This document shows, piece by piece, positions 29,341 to 39,102 of a stretch of DNA of 64,000 nt (the stretch's first letter is position 1; the number at the start of each line of letters is the position of its first letter). Made by a program: the position numbers and the translations under genes. The notes below the pieces were generated by a model. The model saw only the letters and a program-made list of their open reading frames with translations, searched no databases and was not told where the DNA came from. The stretch comes from Candidatus Binatia bacterium (GTDB taxonomy: Bacteria > Desulfobacterota > Binatia > Bin18). The stretch spans positions 4,672,001 through 4,736,000 of the forward strand of contig OY761159.2 of NCBI GenBank assembly GCA_963664395.2. Direction: 5' to 3'.

Positions 29341-30435
29341 ATGAACAAGCCAAACGCTCAAGACGCTCAAGATACTCAAGATACTATTGGCCAATGCCTC
29401 ATGGTTGGCATCCCACATGCAACCCTCGATTCCGAAACGCGGGATATACTCTCTGACTTGCAGCCTGGTGGCGTCATCCTCTTTCGTCGGAATTATACGG
29501 ACCCGGACACGCTCCAAGCCCTGTGTGCGGATTTACATACCCTGACTCCCGAGCATCCACCCTTGATTGCTCTTGACCATGAAGGCGGACGGGTCCATCG
29601 TCTCTCACCACCCTTCACCCATTTTCCACCCGCCTTTCAGATCGGTCAGACCGGCTCTCCACAACTCGCCTATGAGGTCGGTGTCGCACTTGGGCGGGAG
29701 TTGCGCAGTGTGGGCATAGATATCGACTTTGCGCCCGTGCTGGACGTGTATAGCAATCCTGACAACACGGTTATTGGCGACCGCGCGTTTGGCTCCGATC
29801 CACAACGTGTGGCGGAGTTCGGCTGCGCCCTTGCCGCCGGACTGCGCGCTGCGGGTGTGCTCCCATGCGGCAAACACTTTCCTGGACACGGGGCGACCGT
29901 CATCGATTCGCACGACGACCTGCCCTACGATGAACGGGACAGCACCACCCTGGAAGAGGTTGACCTCATCCCGTTTCAAGCCGCTATTGCCCAGCAGATC
30001 GAGCTCCTGATGACCGCCCACGTGGCGTATCCGGCCCTTGACCCGCATCAACCCGCCTCGCTCTCCTCCGTCATCATGAACGATCTGCTGCGGAAACGAT
30101 TGGGATTCCAGGGCGTCATTGTCTCGGACGATCTGGAGATGGGCGCTATTGTTTGCACTTCGTCGGTTGAAGCCGCAGCGGTCCGGGCGCTGAGATCAGG
30201 AGCCGACCTCTTATTGGTCTGTCAGAGTCTGGAGCGCGCCCGCAGCGCTCGGGATGCGTGCCGGCAGGCGCTGCAACGAGGCGTTTTGACCGAGAGCCGT
30301 CTGAACGAAGCACAGCGTCGTGTTGAGCGGCTGAAGCAGCGCATTGCAGACCGGGCACCTCTCTCGCTGCCAGCAATCGGAGCGCCGGAACACCACGTCC
30401 TGGTAGACACGATTATCCAAAAAACAGCGGGATAA
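29341..30435 (+). CDS. nagZ: Beta-N-acetylhexosaminidase (GH3)
   Basis: GGVILFRRN, DHEGGRV.RL, APVLD, KHFPGHG...DSH, SDDLEMGA. Confidence 0.95.
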   Translation: MNKPNAQDAQDTQDTIGQCLMVGIPHATLDSETRDILSDLQPGGVILFRRNYTDPDTLQALCADLHTLTPEHPPLIALDHEGGRVHRLSPPFTHFPPAFQIGQTGSPQLAYEVGVALGRELRSVGIDIDFAPVLDVYSNPDNTVIGDRAFGSDPQRVAEFGCALAAGLRAAGVLPCGKHFPGHGATVIDSHDDLPYDERDSTTLEEVDLIPFQAAIAQQIELLMTAHVAYPALDPHQPASLSSVIMNDLLRKRLGFQGVIVSDDLEMGAIVCTSSVEAAAVRALRSGADLLLVCQSLERARSARDACRQALQRGVLTESRLNEAQRRVERLKQRIADRAPLSLPAIGAPEHHVLVDTIIQKTAG

Positions 30436-30441
30436 GTGCGG

Positions 30442-31482
30442 CTATCTTTTGACAAATTTCGGCAACGACTGCGCATACGGACTACGGGCAACGCCTTTTT
30501 CAGTGATGATCGCACTGACGAGAGAATGAGGTGTCACATCAAAGGCCGGATGAGCAACCGCGATCCCACTAGGAGCAATCTGTTGGCGCAACACATGAGT
30601 GACTTCCCGGGCGGACCGTTCTTCAATCGGAATCTTCTTGCCGGAGGGACAGTCCAGGTCAATCGACGTGGTTGGGGCGGCCACATAGAACGGCAGCTTG
30701 TGTCGTCCGGCCAGCACGGCAGAGGTATACGTGCCGATCTTGTTGGCGACATCCCCATTGGCCGCCGTGCGGTCGGTACCCACAACGACACAATCAATCG
30801 CGCCCTGCTGCATGAAATGACCGATCATATTGTCGGTAATCAGGGTGGCGGGAATCCCCTCGCGGACGAGTTCCCAGGCGGTTAAACGCGCGCCCTGTAA
30901 ATACGGCCGGGTTTCCGGCACAAAGACGGAGATATTCTTGCCCTGCTCCCAGGCAGCCCGGATCACCCCCAGGGCGGTTCCATACCCAGCCGTTGCCAGC
31001 GCCCCGGCATTACAATGCGTCAAAACAGTCGCCCCTTGAGGAATCAATTTCGCGCCGTGGCGGCCTATGCGCCGATTGGCGGCTATGTCTTCCCGATAGA
31101 TTTTCAGGGCCTCCTGCTCCAGGGCGGCAATCAGAGCGTCACGGCCTTTGGCCCGCACTTTCTCATACCGACGTTGCATCCGTTTAATGGCCCAAAAAAG
31201 GTTGACTGCGGTTGGCCGCGTCGCGGCAAACACCTGACACAAGCGCTCAAACGCCTCGGGCTGCGCACTCCGTTTGAGCTGTCGCGCTCCAAGCGCAATC
31301 CCCATGGCAGCGGCAACGCCAATCGCAGGCGCGCCGCGAATCACCATATCGGTGATGGCTCGCGCAACGCCCCGGTAATCTTTATAGGTGCGGTAGACTT
31401 CCCGAGTGGGCAATGCGCGTTGGTCAATCATAACCACCGCACCATCCCGCCACGCTATAGTGAAGAACGAAGCTGGCTTCAT
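30442..31482 (-). CDS. mtnA: S-methyl-5-thioribose-1-phosphate isomerase
   Basis: [52 protein letters not shown]. Confidence 0.96.
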   Translation of the reverse strand: MKPASFFTIAWRDGAVVMIDQRALPTREVYRTYKDYRGVARAITDMVIRGAPAIGVAAAMGIALGARQLKRSAQPEAFERLCQVFAATRPTAVNLFWAIKRMQRRYEKVRAKGRDALIAALEQEALKIYREDIAANRRIGRHGAKLIPQGATVLTHCNAGALATAGYGTALGVIRAAWEQGKNISVFVPETRPYLQGARLTAWELVREGIPATLITDNMIGHFMQQGAIDCVVVGTDRTAANGDVANKIGTYTSAVLAGRHKLPFYVAAPTTSIDLDCPSGKKIPIEERSAREVTHVLRQQIAPSGIAVAHPAFDVTPHSLVSAIITEKGVARSPYAQSLPKFVKR

Positions 31483-31524
31483 GCCTTCCTTTCTCTTCGC
31501 AGACCCGTTTTGCGATTCAGGACC

Positions 31525-32079
31525 TCACTCGACGAGTTGGACACCCTCGTGAGGAGTCCAGACAGCCACTGTCTTGTCATCCTCCGCTCTTTTGAGCGTC
31601 ACGGTTTCCAGCCCTGGCTCAGGCACAGATAAATCCTGGCTATTCTTTTGCCACGTCGTCGCAACCAGTTCGACCACTGTGGAGCGTTGGTCCGGAGTCA
31701 GGTCGGCCCATTTTTGAGAGACGGATACGGACACGGAGCGCCCATAGTCGCTGGCTTCCATTCCGTAGTAAATATCGGCCCATAGACTTTCAGAGAGCTG
31801 CGTGTCCGTTCGGTAGACACAGGTCCAAAGGGCGGGACTGATATCAGCAGGCAGATCAGCCGGTGGCTGCGGCTCTTCCTGCACCATTGGCTCTTCGGGC
31901 TGTTGCTGCGGTGCCTCGTCCGGCGAACGAAAATAAATAAAAAGTCCGATCAACACCAGGACAAAGGTGGTCGGTATTTTCCGCAGCCCAGCGCCGATAG
32001 TACCCAGCAGGGTCTGGGCCGGGTTCTTCTTCACTGTCTGCTCACGCGAAGGGGGTCGAGATGCAGGGGCTTTAGCCAT
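31525..32079 (-). CDS. Hypothetical single-pass membrane protein
   Basis: 184 aa, one TM helix then Pro/Gln linker; fills the gap in a same-strand run of genes. Confidence 0.65.
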   Translation of the reverse strand: MAKAPASRPPSREQTVKKNPAQTLLGTIGAGLRKIPTTFVLVLIGLFIYFRSPDEAPQQQPEEPMVQEEPQPPADLPADISPALWTCVYRTDTQLSESLWADIYYGMEASDYGRSVSVSVSQKWADLTPDQRSTVVELVATTWQKNSQDLSVPEPGLETVTLKRAEDDKTVAVWTPHEGVQLVE

Positions 32080-32094
32080 GCGTGGAATATACCA

Positions 32095-33255
32095 CTATCC
32101 CCACAAGCGCCGCGACGCCATGCGCGCGCCTTCTGCACACGCCCGCAGCTTCGCCCAGACAACGCTCTCAGGCACCATCTCCCAGCCGGCAAACGTGCCA
32201 AATCCACAATCCGAACCGGCAATGATCCGACTCCGGTCTCCTATGGCGTCGGCCACTTGGCAAATACGGTCGGCAACGATTTCCGGATGTTCAATATAAT
32301 TCGTTGTGGAATCAATAACGCCGGGAATCAACAGCATCGAGTCGGGTAAGGGATGCTGCTGAAAGGCTTTATATTCGTGTTGATGGCGGGGATTCGCGAG
32401 TTCAATGGAGAGCGCTCCAACCTTGGCCTGGTAGAGAATGGGAAGAATATCAGTCAGCGGCACATCGTGATTGTGCGGACCGTCATAATTCCCCCAGCAG
32501 ATATGCAACCGGATACGCTCGGCCGGAATGTTCTCGGTCGCGCGGTTGACGGCCTCGATATGTATCTCAATCGTCTTTTGAAATTCGGCGAGGGTCTGAT
32601 CCTGAAAGAGGAAGGTCCGCTCCATAGCCAGGTCGGGGGCGTCGAGTTGCAGCAGCAGGCCCTGGGCGTGGATATATTCGTACTCTTTCTTCATCTGCTC
32701 AGCCACCGCCAGCACATACGCCGCGTGCGAGTCGTAATAGGCGTTCAACATGGTGGTGGCAATGATGCCGGGCGAAGCCGCGGTCATGAAACGTTCAGTG
32801 AACGCGCCCGGAGTCTGATCCGTACAACGCAGAAACATGGCACATTCATCTTGCACGGCTGAGAGGTCATCATACTCGACCTCGGCAATGGCCTGCGGCG
32901 CGTTGAAGACCTTGGCCCGCATCATATTGCGACTCTGCATCATAGCCGCAAAGTCCGGGAATTCAGCCATGTCCTGCGGCGTGGGCCGCTTGCTCTCTCC
33001 GCCAAAACCACGCATGCGTTGCGGCACATAGGTCTGAAAACCGATGCGGGGCTGTTCCCCGTCATTGACGATATCCACACCCGCTTTGAGCTGCTCATCA
33101 ACCACGTGTTGCACCGCGGTTTCGGATTGGCGCGCCAGCGCGGCGGTATCGATTGCTTTGCCCTGCTCCTGGTCGATCAACAGATCGGTCAGTTCGGGAT
33201 TGCGCGGGAGGCTGCCGACGTGGGTGGTGAGAATACGTTCGTCGCTCTTTTGCAT
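32095..33255 (-). CDS. Cobalamin-independent methionine synthase II-like protein
   Basis: TTHVGSLPR, NDGE, LQLDAPD, Zn ligands HICWGN and DCGF. Confidence 0.9.
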   Translation of the reverse strand: MQKSDERILTTHVGSLPRNPELTDLLIDQEQGKAIDTAALARQSETAVQHVVDEQLKAGVDIVNDGEQPRIGFQTYVPQRMRGFGGESKRPTPQDMAEFPDFAAMMQSRNMMRAKVFNAPQAIAEVEYDDLSAVQDECAMFLRCTDQTPGAFTERFMTAASPGIIATTMLNAYYDSHAAYVLAVAEQMKKEYEYIHAQGLLLQLDAPDLAMERTFLFQDQTLAEFQKTIEIHIEAVNRATENIPAERIRLHICWGNYDGPHNHDVPLTDILPILYQAKVGALSIELANPRHQHEYKAFQQHPLPDSMLLIPGVIDSTTNYIEHPEIVADRICQVADAIGDRSRIIAGSDCGFGTFAGWEMVPESVVWAKLRACAEGARMASRRLWG

Positions 33256-33273
33256 AAGAATCCCTCCATTACA

Positions 33274-34179
33274 TTAGCGCTGATGATACAAGGGATGGCC
33301 GCGGACTGCGGTGCGGACCTTATTCATATGATCCCCTTCCAGATTGGCAAAAAAGAGGTCCTGCATGTCGGGGCCGCCAAACGCGCAGTTGGTTGGAAAC
33401 GCCAGCGCGATGCCGTCCGGATCATGGATGAACGTCTCCCACTTGCCGTTCGGATCGACTTTGATGATCCTGTTTCGGGGCTCCAGCTTGCCGTTCTCCG
33501 GTACGCCGGGCAGCGTAATATACAGGTTCCGGTCCACGTCAAAAGCCATCCCGTCAGGCAAGGCCGGAAAGTCTTTGGCATAGATTTCAGGCGGGCCGAA
33601 TGTGCCGTCTTTGTTGATCTGGATACGGACGCAATCGTTGCGCGAACTCTCTAATACGTAGACCGCGTCCTCGTTGGGGTCGATAGCCGTCCCATTGGCA
33701 AAATAAATCCCGCTGGCGACGACCTCGCCCCGGCCGTCGGGACGGATGCGCACAACCGCGCCGTTGGGCTGGGGATTCTCAAACTCCTTAAACACCTCGC
33801 GGCCCGGCTGGGAGCTGGAGTTCGAGACGTACAGATTGCCCTCGGCATCATAGCTGGCGAAGTTGGGAATCGAGATCGGAAAGTCGCCGGCGTGGTCGGC
33901 GACGAGGGAGACTTTTCCGTCGGGCGCAAGCCGCATCACGGCTTTATGCCTGAGGTCGCAATAGACGAAGTTGCCTTCCCGGTCCAGCGTGACCCCATTG
34001 GGTATGGCCCGGTCCGGCAACTCGGCAACCTCGTGGACGACACCGTCCGGACTCACTTTATAGACAATGCCATTCCGTCCGCCCCCCCACGCATTGCCCT
34101 CTTTATCAATGACCACGCCTTCAGCCCTGAGCACGCCAGAGCCAAAAATTTCAACCTGCTCAACAGCAATCGCTGCCAT
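33274..34179 (-). CDS. SMP-30/gluconolactonase family beta-propeller
   Basis: AEG, PNG, FANG, LPDGMAFD, PTNCAFGG; start inferred at ATG 34179. Confidence 0.88.
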   Translation of the reverse strand: MAAIAVEQVEIFGSGVLRAEGVVIDKEGNAWGGGRNGIVYKVSPDGVVHEVAELPDRAIPNGVTLDREGNFVYCDLRHKAVMRLAPDGKVSLVADHAGDFPISIPNFASYDAEGNLYVSNSSSQPGREVFKEFENPQPNGAVVRIRPDGRGEVVASGIYFANGTAIDPNEDAVYVLESSRNDCVRIQINKDGTFGPPEIYAKDFPALPDGMAFDVDRNLYITLPGVPENGKLEPRNRIIKVDPNGKWETFIHDPDGIALAFPTNCAFGGPDMQDLFFANLEGDHMNKVRTAVRGHPLYHQR

Positions 34180-34240
34180 GTCTTCCCCCTGTCTTTTGTC
34201 TTGACACAAAACTTAACAGGAGACCGTGGGTCTGCCTGTC

Positions 34241-34292
34241 ACGATCTAACGGTCTAACGATCTAACGGTCTAACGATCTAACGATCTAACGA
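34241..34292. repeat. 8-bp tandem repeat (acgRtcta) x6.5
   Basis: Directly visible; overlaps the TAG stop of the upstream CoA-transferase. Confidence 0.92.
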
Positions 34293-35521
34293 TTCTCCGC
34301 GTACAGCACGCCTTTCTCCCGGAGTGCGGCTATGTTTTCGTCGGTATAGCTGAGCTGCTCTCGCAGCACGTCAGCACTGTGCTGGCCTAGAAGCGGAGCT
34401 TGAATGTCCGGGAGCTGAGGGAACTCGGAGTACTTGAGCGGGAAGCCGGGTATGGTGACTTCTCCGAGGATGGGGTCGGGAACCGTGCGGATCATCTCAC
34501 GCGCCTTGAAATACGGGTGCGCCAGGATATCGGTGATGGACATGACGGGAGCGGATGGAACCCGATGGTCTTCAAAGACTTGCAGGACAGCCTCATCATC
34601 CGGCTGAGTCTGCATCCAACTTTCGATAATCGGAACGAGTGCGGCCTGGTTCTTCCCACGCTCGGCATTTGTCGCAAAGCGAGGGTCTTCGATCAGTTCC
34701 GGTCGGCCCATAGCCTTGCACATATTGGCCCACTGTCGGTCTAAGACCAGGACGACGATCCAGCCTTGGGGGCCTTTGAACACCCCACACGGACACACCA
34801 AGGGATGATGGGAGCCCATCCGGGTCGGCACAAACTCGCCCTTGCTCATCGTATATCCCTGCACATTGACCTCGTGCATGTGGAACATGGCGTCAATCAT
34901 GGACAGGTCGATATACTGGCCGACGCCGGTCCGTTCCCGGTGATATAACGCATAGCCCAGGGCCGCAAAGGCGTGGACGCCACTGCTGACATCGGCAATA
35001 CCCAGGCCGACAAACTGCGGCGGACCATCCGGACTGCCGGTCATGTGCATGATGCCGGAGAAGGCTTGCGCAATAAAGTCATAGCCGACCTTGTGAGAGA
35101 GTGGCCCCGTGCGCCCAAAGGCGGAAATCGAGACCATTATCATCTTGGGATTGATTTTCTTGAGCGAAGGATAGTCAAGGCTACGTTTTTCCATCACGCC
35201 CGGCCCGAAATTCTCAACCACAACATCTACGGTAGGAACCAATGCCCGCAGGATTTCAAGCGACTCTGGTTTGTCGAAATCCAGACAGAGGCTTTTTTTG
35301 CCGCGATTTTGCTGGACAAAATAGGCGCTGCGATCATTCCGAATAAACGGCAGCAAACGCGCAGGATCACCCATGGGGGCCTGTTCCACTTTGATAATAT
35401 TGGCGCCCATCTCTGCCATGAGGCGGGTGACAGTTGGCCCGGCCAGGTATTGGGTAAAATCCAGAACCGTCACGCCGGAAAGCATATACGACTGCTCACG
35501 TGTCCCTTGCGTCTCTTGCAC
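34286..35521 (-). CDS. CoA-transferase family III (CaiB/BaiF)
   Basis: LAGP, NRGKKSL, VVENF.PG, GYD, IAD (catalytic Asp), APLLGQH. Confidence 0.92.
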   Translation of the reverse strand: MQETQGTREQSYMLSGVTVLDFTQYLAGPTVTRLMAEMGANIIKVEQAPMGDPARLLPFIRNDRSAYFVQQNRGKKSLCLDFDKPESLEILRALVPTVDVVVENFGPGVMEKRSLDYPSLKKINPKMIMVSISAFGRTGPLSHKVGYDFIAQAFSGIMHMTGSPDGPPQFVGLGIADVSSGVHAFAALGYALYHRERTGVGQYIDLSMIDAMFHMHEVNVQGYTMSKGEFVPTRMGSHHPLVCPCGVFKGPQGWIVVLVLDRQWANMCKAMGRPELIEDPRFATNAERGKNQAALVPIIESWMQTQPDDEAVLQVFEDHRVPSAPVMSITDILAHPYFKAREMIRTVPDPILGEVTIPGFPLKYSEFPQLPDIQAPLLGQHSADVLREQLSYTDENIAALREKGVLYAENR

Positions 35522-35674
35522 ACTGCACCTCCGCTTAATCTTTGCCAGTACGGCGGGCAGTGTAACGCGGGCACTCTGAAAAAGCGAGCCTTTTCCAGGC
35601 GCTCACAGCATGTGCTCACAAGAGGAGCGGGGCTGCCCCGAAAGGGCAGTAGACGTGGGAGACTGCGGAAAAAT

Positions 35675-36631
35675 TTACGCGGAATCTTCTTTTGAAGAAG
35701 GAACCGGGGCCGGGTATTTCCAGGTCAACGACAGGAGCGTATCCCCACCGGAGAGCGAGGTGGATTCTGACTCAGGAGCAACATCGGCAGGGACTTCCGG
35801 ATGCCGGTTGCGCGCCTCAGTGACAGCCATCCGAACGAGGTCTTCCGGCGTTGGCGGAGCCTCATCATTTGACGCGTCTTGTGACGCGGCTTGCAGCTCG
35901 GAAGCCCGCAGCTTGACTGTGACGGTCACTTGCATGGCATGCGAGCTGCGCGGTGGGGGGGCGGAAGGCTCGCTGGCCTCAACCTCAAGTTCGGTTGGCG
36001 CTTCAACCGGTTCGACTTCCAAATCGGCTTCCAAAGCCCGGATATCCTGCTTTTGTTGCCTTTGTACGCGAGGCGTTTCATTTGTTTCAGCAGCGGGCCT
36101 CGCCGCGGCTTCTCGCACCTGGGTCTGAGCCGTTTCCTGTCGAGCCCCCTCGTCCCGTTCTTGATCGTCTCGTCTCCTCCGACCTCGGCCACGTGTACTA
36201 CGCCGCCGGCCGCCCCGTTCGTCCGCATCCGTCTCGCTCGATTCTTCACCGCGACGCTGAACACGCTGGCGGCCGCCCCGTTCGTCCGCATCCGTCTCGC
36301 TCGATTCTTCACCGCGACGCTGAACACGCTGGCGGCCGGGGATGAGTCCGAGTGCAAGATATTCGCACGTCTCCGTCGAAATATGCTCGAAGGCATCGTT
36401 CGCAAAGTCCAGCGCCTTTTCTTCGGTGTAGGCATCAACGTCGCAATCAACGAACACCATGCAGTAGGATTTGTCGGGCGTAGAGTTTCCCGGACCTTCA
36501 CTCATTTCGTGCTCATGGTAGCGGACACGTGGATGAGAGAAGGCGTCGAATAGTGAGGAGACTGCCTCTTGGATATTCTCTGTCGAAGGTCCGCAGGCAT
36601 CAAAAACGGCTAAGGCATGAAAGTTGGGCAT
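35675..36631 (-). CDS. Hypothetical protein with Arg-rich/acidic disordered middle
   Basis: 318-aa ORF with compact N- and C-terminal segments. Confidence 0.6.
   Translation of the reverse strand: MPNFHALAVFDACGPSTENIQEAVSSLFDAFSHPRVRYHEHEMSEGPGNSTPDKSYCMVFVDCDVDAYTEEKALDFANDAFEHISTETCEYLALGLIPGRQRVQRRGEESSETDADERGGRQRVQRRGEESSETDADERGGRRRSTRGRGRRRRDDQERDEGARQETAQTQVREAAARPAAETNETPRVQRQQKQDIRALEADLEVEPVEAPTELEVEASEPSAPPPRSSHAMQVTVTVKLRASELQAASQDASNDEAPPTPEDLVRMAVTEARNRHPEVPADVAPESESTSLSGGDTLLSLTWKYPAPVPSSKEDSA
36207..36338. repeat. Exact 63-bp in-frame tandem duplication
   Basis: Encodes GRQRVQRRGEESSETDADERG twice. Confidence 0.95.
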
Positions 36632-36827
36632 ATGCTACGAGACCTTATATAGCGTGGAGCGTATCCGCAAGAGCGGCCAAAACAGAAACAAAACAGGAAA
36701 AAGAGGAAGAGCGACCTCTGAATTCTTCTGTGGATCTAGACCTCTCAAGTATTTAGGCGTAAGCTGTGGGAAATTTTTCGGTCGGGCTGACACAGTCCAT
36801 ATCGCTGCTGGCTCTACAATACGGTAG

Positions 36828-37090
36828 GGCGCAGCGGACCGAGCCTCGGGCCGGTAACGGCGATCGGTTCCTGGCTGAGCGGATTCTGGACCCGCAGTGG
36901 GTGCGCCGAGAAAGGAGGTGGTCTAGTGGAGTTATCTATTACGGTGATCAGTGAGGTGGTGGCCTCTTAGGCCGACACATCCCAAAATCGGGTGGTCGCT
37001 TGGGAGGACCAGGCACCGCCGTAACCCCGGCAGCCCGTGTTCATCACCCACGGGACGTCCCTGCGGACGTAACACTGTCGGGGTTTCTTT
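36828..37090 (+). ncRNA. Candidate structured RNA containing a 14-codon ORF (36926-36970)
   Basis: TACAAT at 36815-36820; GGCGCA/TGCGCC closing stem; extended SD; GTG..MELSITVISEVVAS*; 3-way junction plus U-rich tail at 37023-37090. Confidence 0.45.
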
Positions 37091-37139
37091 GTCTGAGGCT
37101 CGACAGCGAAACAGATCGTACAATAAGCATCGAGAAATA

Positions 37140-37676
37140 ATGTGCAACGTAGATGAGACAAGTCAGAGTATCCGTCAGGCATTGACCGAGATCAATGCTC
37201 GTCTGGCGGGTCAAGGTGCGTCCGATAAAGAGTGGACAAACGCCGTCAAGACTAAACTCTATCAAGCAGGTCATAATCTCGGTTATCGCGTGGCCACGTC
37301 GCTCGACAGAAAAAGGGTAGCAGAAGGATGCGCAGACGGTCCTGACTTTGGGGAATGGCTTTTTGATTTGGTTTGGATGGTATGGAATGGGGAACCACAA
37401 CGACAATTGAATCGTATTTGCCTTGTCGTCGAATCGGAATGGGGCAACCAAGATGACATTATGGACGATTTCGAGAAACTGCTTGTGGCTCGCTCATGTG
37501 TTCGCTTAATGATTTTTCAGGCATCCAATAGAGCAGAGGTAGAAGAGGTATTTAATTTGCTTCAGGGGGAAGCTGAAGGATTTGAACAAAGACAAGCTGG
37601 AGATTACTACCTTCTTGCCGGTTATAACCTTCGGAATTCAACTTTCCGATGGTGTGAATTCCAGGTGGAGCGTTAG
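37140..37676 (+). CDS. Hypothetical low-GC protein, possible PD-(D/E)xK-like fold
   Basis: GEWLFDLVW..LVVESEW..DDFEKL; start inferred at ATG 37140. Confidence 0.6.
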   Translation: MCNVDETSQSIRQALTEINARLAGQGASDKEWTNAVKTKLYQAGHNLGYRVATSLDRKRVAEGCADGPDFGEWLFDLVWMVWNGEPQRQLNRICLVVESEWGNQDDIMDDFEKLLVARSCVRLMIFQASNRAEVEEVFNLLQGEAEGFEQRQAGDYYLLAGYNLRNSTFRWCEFQVER

Positions 37677-38020
37677 CGTTTCTTGGCTTGCGCCTCAACC
37701 AGCAACCACTGCGCCTGGCCGATTCCGCGTAGACTGCGGTATTCAGCATCGGACCAGCCCCCTGCCCCCCTTTTCCGGGCAACGTCGAGTGCCCGCGTCA
37801 ACACGGATTCACACAGCTCAAGTAATGGCTCAAGTTCCCGGTCCACCTCATCTAAAGGGGTCTCAAGTACTAGGGTCTGGGCATGCGGAAGCATGGCAGC
37901 AAGCGCGACCTTCGTCCGGCTCCCATTTCCTTGAGGCGCGGCTGCCTCCCCCACTGAAGGAGAAAGAAAGGCGAATCCAAGCTGACCGGCGGCTTGCGAA
38001 TTATCTGTTTTTTCTGCCAC
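37673..38020 (-). CDS. Hypothetical protein
   Basis: 115-aa helical-looking ORF directly downstream of holA. Confidence 0.55.
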   Translation of the reverse strand: MAEKTDNSQAAGQLGFAFLSPSVGEAAAPQGNGSRTKVALAAMLPHAQTLVLETPLDEVDRELEPLLELCESVLTRALDVARKRGAGGWSDAEYRSLRGIGQAQWLLVEAQAKKR

Positions 38021-38043
38021 AGTTTGGGTCTACTTTAAGCCGA

Positions 38044-38075
38044 CGTTAAACCGGCGTTAAACCGGCGTTAAACCC
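38044..38075. repeat. 11-bp tandem repeat x3 (cgttaaaccgg)
   Basis: Directly visible; contains the holA TAA stop. Confidence 0.9.
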
Positions 38076-39090
38076 GCGTTCTTGCACAGGCTTCCAGAAC
38101 AAAGGCATCGAACAAGAAGCGTGGAGCGGTCGGGCTTGATTTGAGTGCCAGATCTAATTGCGCGGCGTGTCGCAAGACGCGCCGCAGGTCCGAGTGCGAA
38201 AAGACACGACTCTGCGCGACTAAAGCGTGTACCCGAGCTCCCCGCAAGCCGACCGCCTGTTCAATCTGACCACTGGACGCTTTGGCGTCGGACAAATCCT
38301 TGACCTGCCACAGCCGCCGGAAATGACTGACCAGAGCGTGCAAGACCGGGAGCGCCCGCTTCTCATCGCTCAACACCTGCTGTACCAACCGTAAAGCCCG
38401 TTTAGCATTGCGCTGTCCCAAAGCGTCAGCCAGATCAAAAGCGGAATGCGGATGAAGAACCCCCACGCATTGCCTGACGGCCTCCTGGTCTATGTCGGTT
38501 GCCGGGAAAACAAAGGCAACCAGCTTATCCATCTCGCTGGACAGGGCCAGCAAATCCGTTCCACTATGATCGGCCAAATACGAAGCAGCCTCAGCGTTGA
38601 GGCGGACACCCCGTTCCCGAGCAAAACGCTGTGCCCAGCCCGGAATTTGGTTGATAAAGGGCGGGCGGAATTCGCCAACAAAGCCACGCTGAGCACACAC
38701 AGAAAAGAATTTCTGACTGAGATTGGCCCTGCCCTGAACGCAGACCACAAGGGGCTGACTTTCATCTCGCAGTGCGGCTTCGGTCGCTAGACGTTCTCGG
38801 TCTGCGGCGGACAGTTGGCCGGCATTCTTGAGAACGATTAATTGGTGTTCAGCAAAAAGCGAAGCGCTGCCCCATGCCTCAAGGAGCAGCTCAAGAGCAT
38901 CTTCGCCGGCATAGAACGTATGCACGGCCGGGCTTTCACCAAGGCGTGCCCGAACATAGGCGACCGCCCGATTAATGAAATAAGTCTCCTCACCATGAAA
39001 GAGGTAGAGCGGGGAGAGGGGCTCTTTGGTCAGGAGGGCAAATATCTCATCGGGTTGGCGAAACGCCTTTCTCGGCCGCTGGGTCGCCAT
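38068..39090 (-). CDS. holA: DNA polymerase III subunit delta
   Basis: PLYLFHGEETYFI, SLFAEHQLIVLK, LSSEMDKL, FDLADAL, DLALKSS. Confidence 0.88.
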   Translation of the reverse strand: MATQRPRKAFRQPDEIFALLTKEPLSPLYLFHGEETYFINRAVAYVRARLGESPAVHTFYAGEDALELLLEAWGSASLFAEHQLIVLKNAGQLSAADRERLATEAALRDESQPLVVCVQGRANLSQKFFSVCAQRGFVGEFRPPFINQIPGWAQRFARERGVRLNAEAASYLADHSGTDLLALSSEMDKLVAFVFPATDIDQEAVRQCVGVLHPHSAFDLADALGQRNAKRALRLVQQVLSDEKRALPVLHALVSHFRRLWQVKDLSDAKASSGQIEQAVGLRGARVHALVAQSRVFSHSDLRRVLRHAAQLDLALKSSPTAPRFLFDAFVLEACARTRV

Positions 39091-39102
39091 GGTCGCAACT
39101 CA

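Noticed and set aside
32095-33255. metE or epoxyalkane:CoM transferase gene symbol
   Set aside because: Single-barrel family member; substrate cannot be assigned from motifs and no alkene or CoM genes are adjacent.
36909-36926. 16S rRNA gene fragment on the minus strand
   Set aside because: Similarity stops after 18 nt and flanks are not rRNA-like; treated as an extended SD-like tract.
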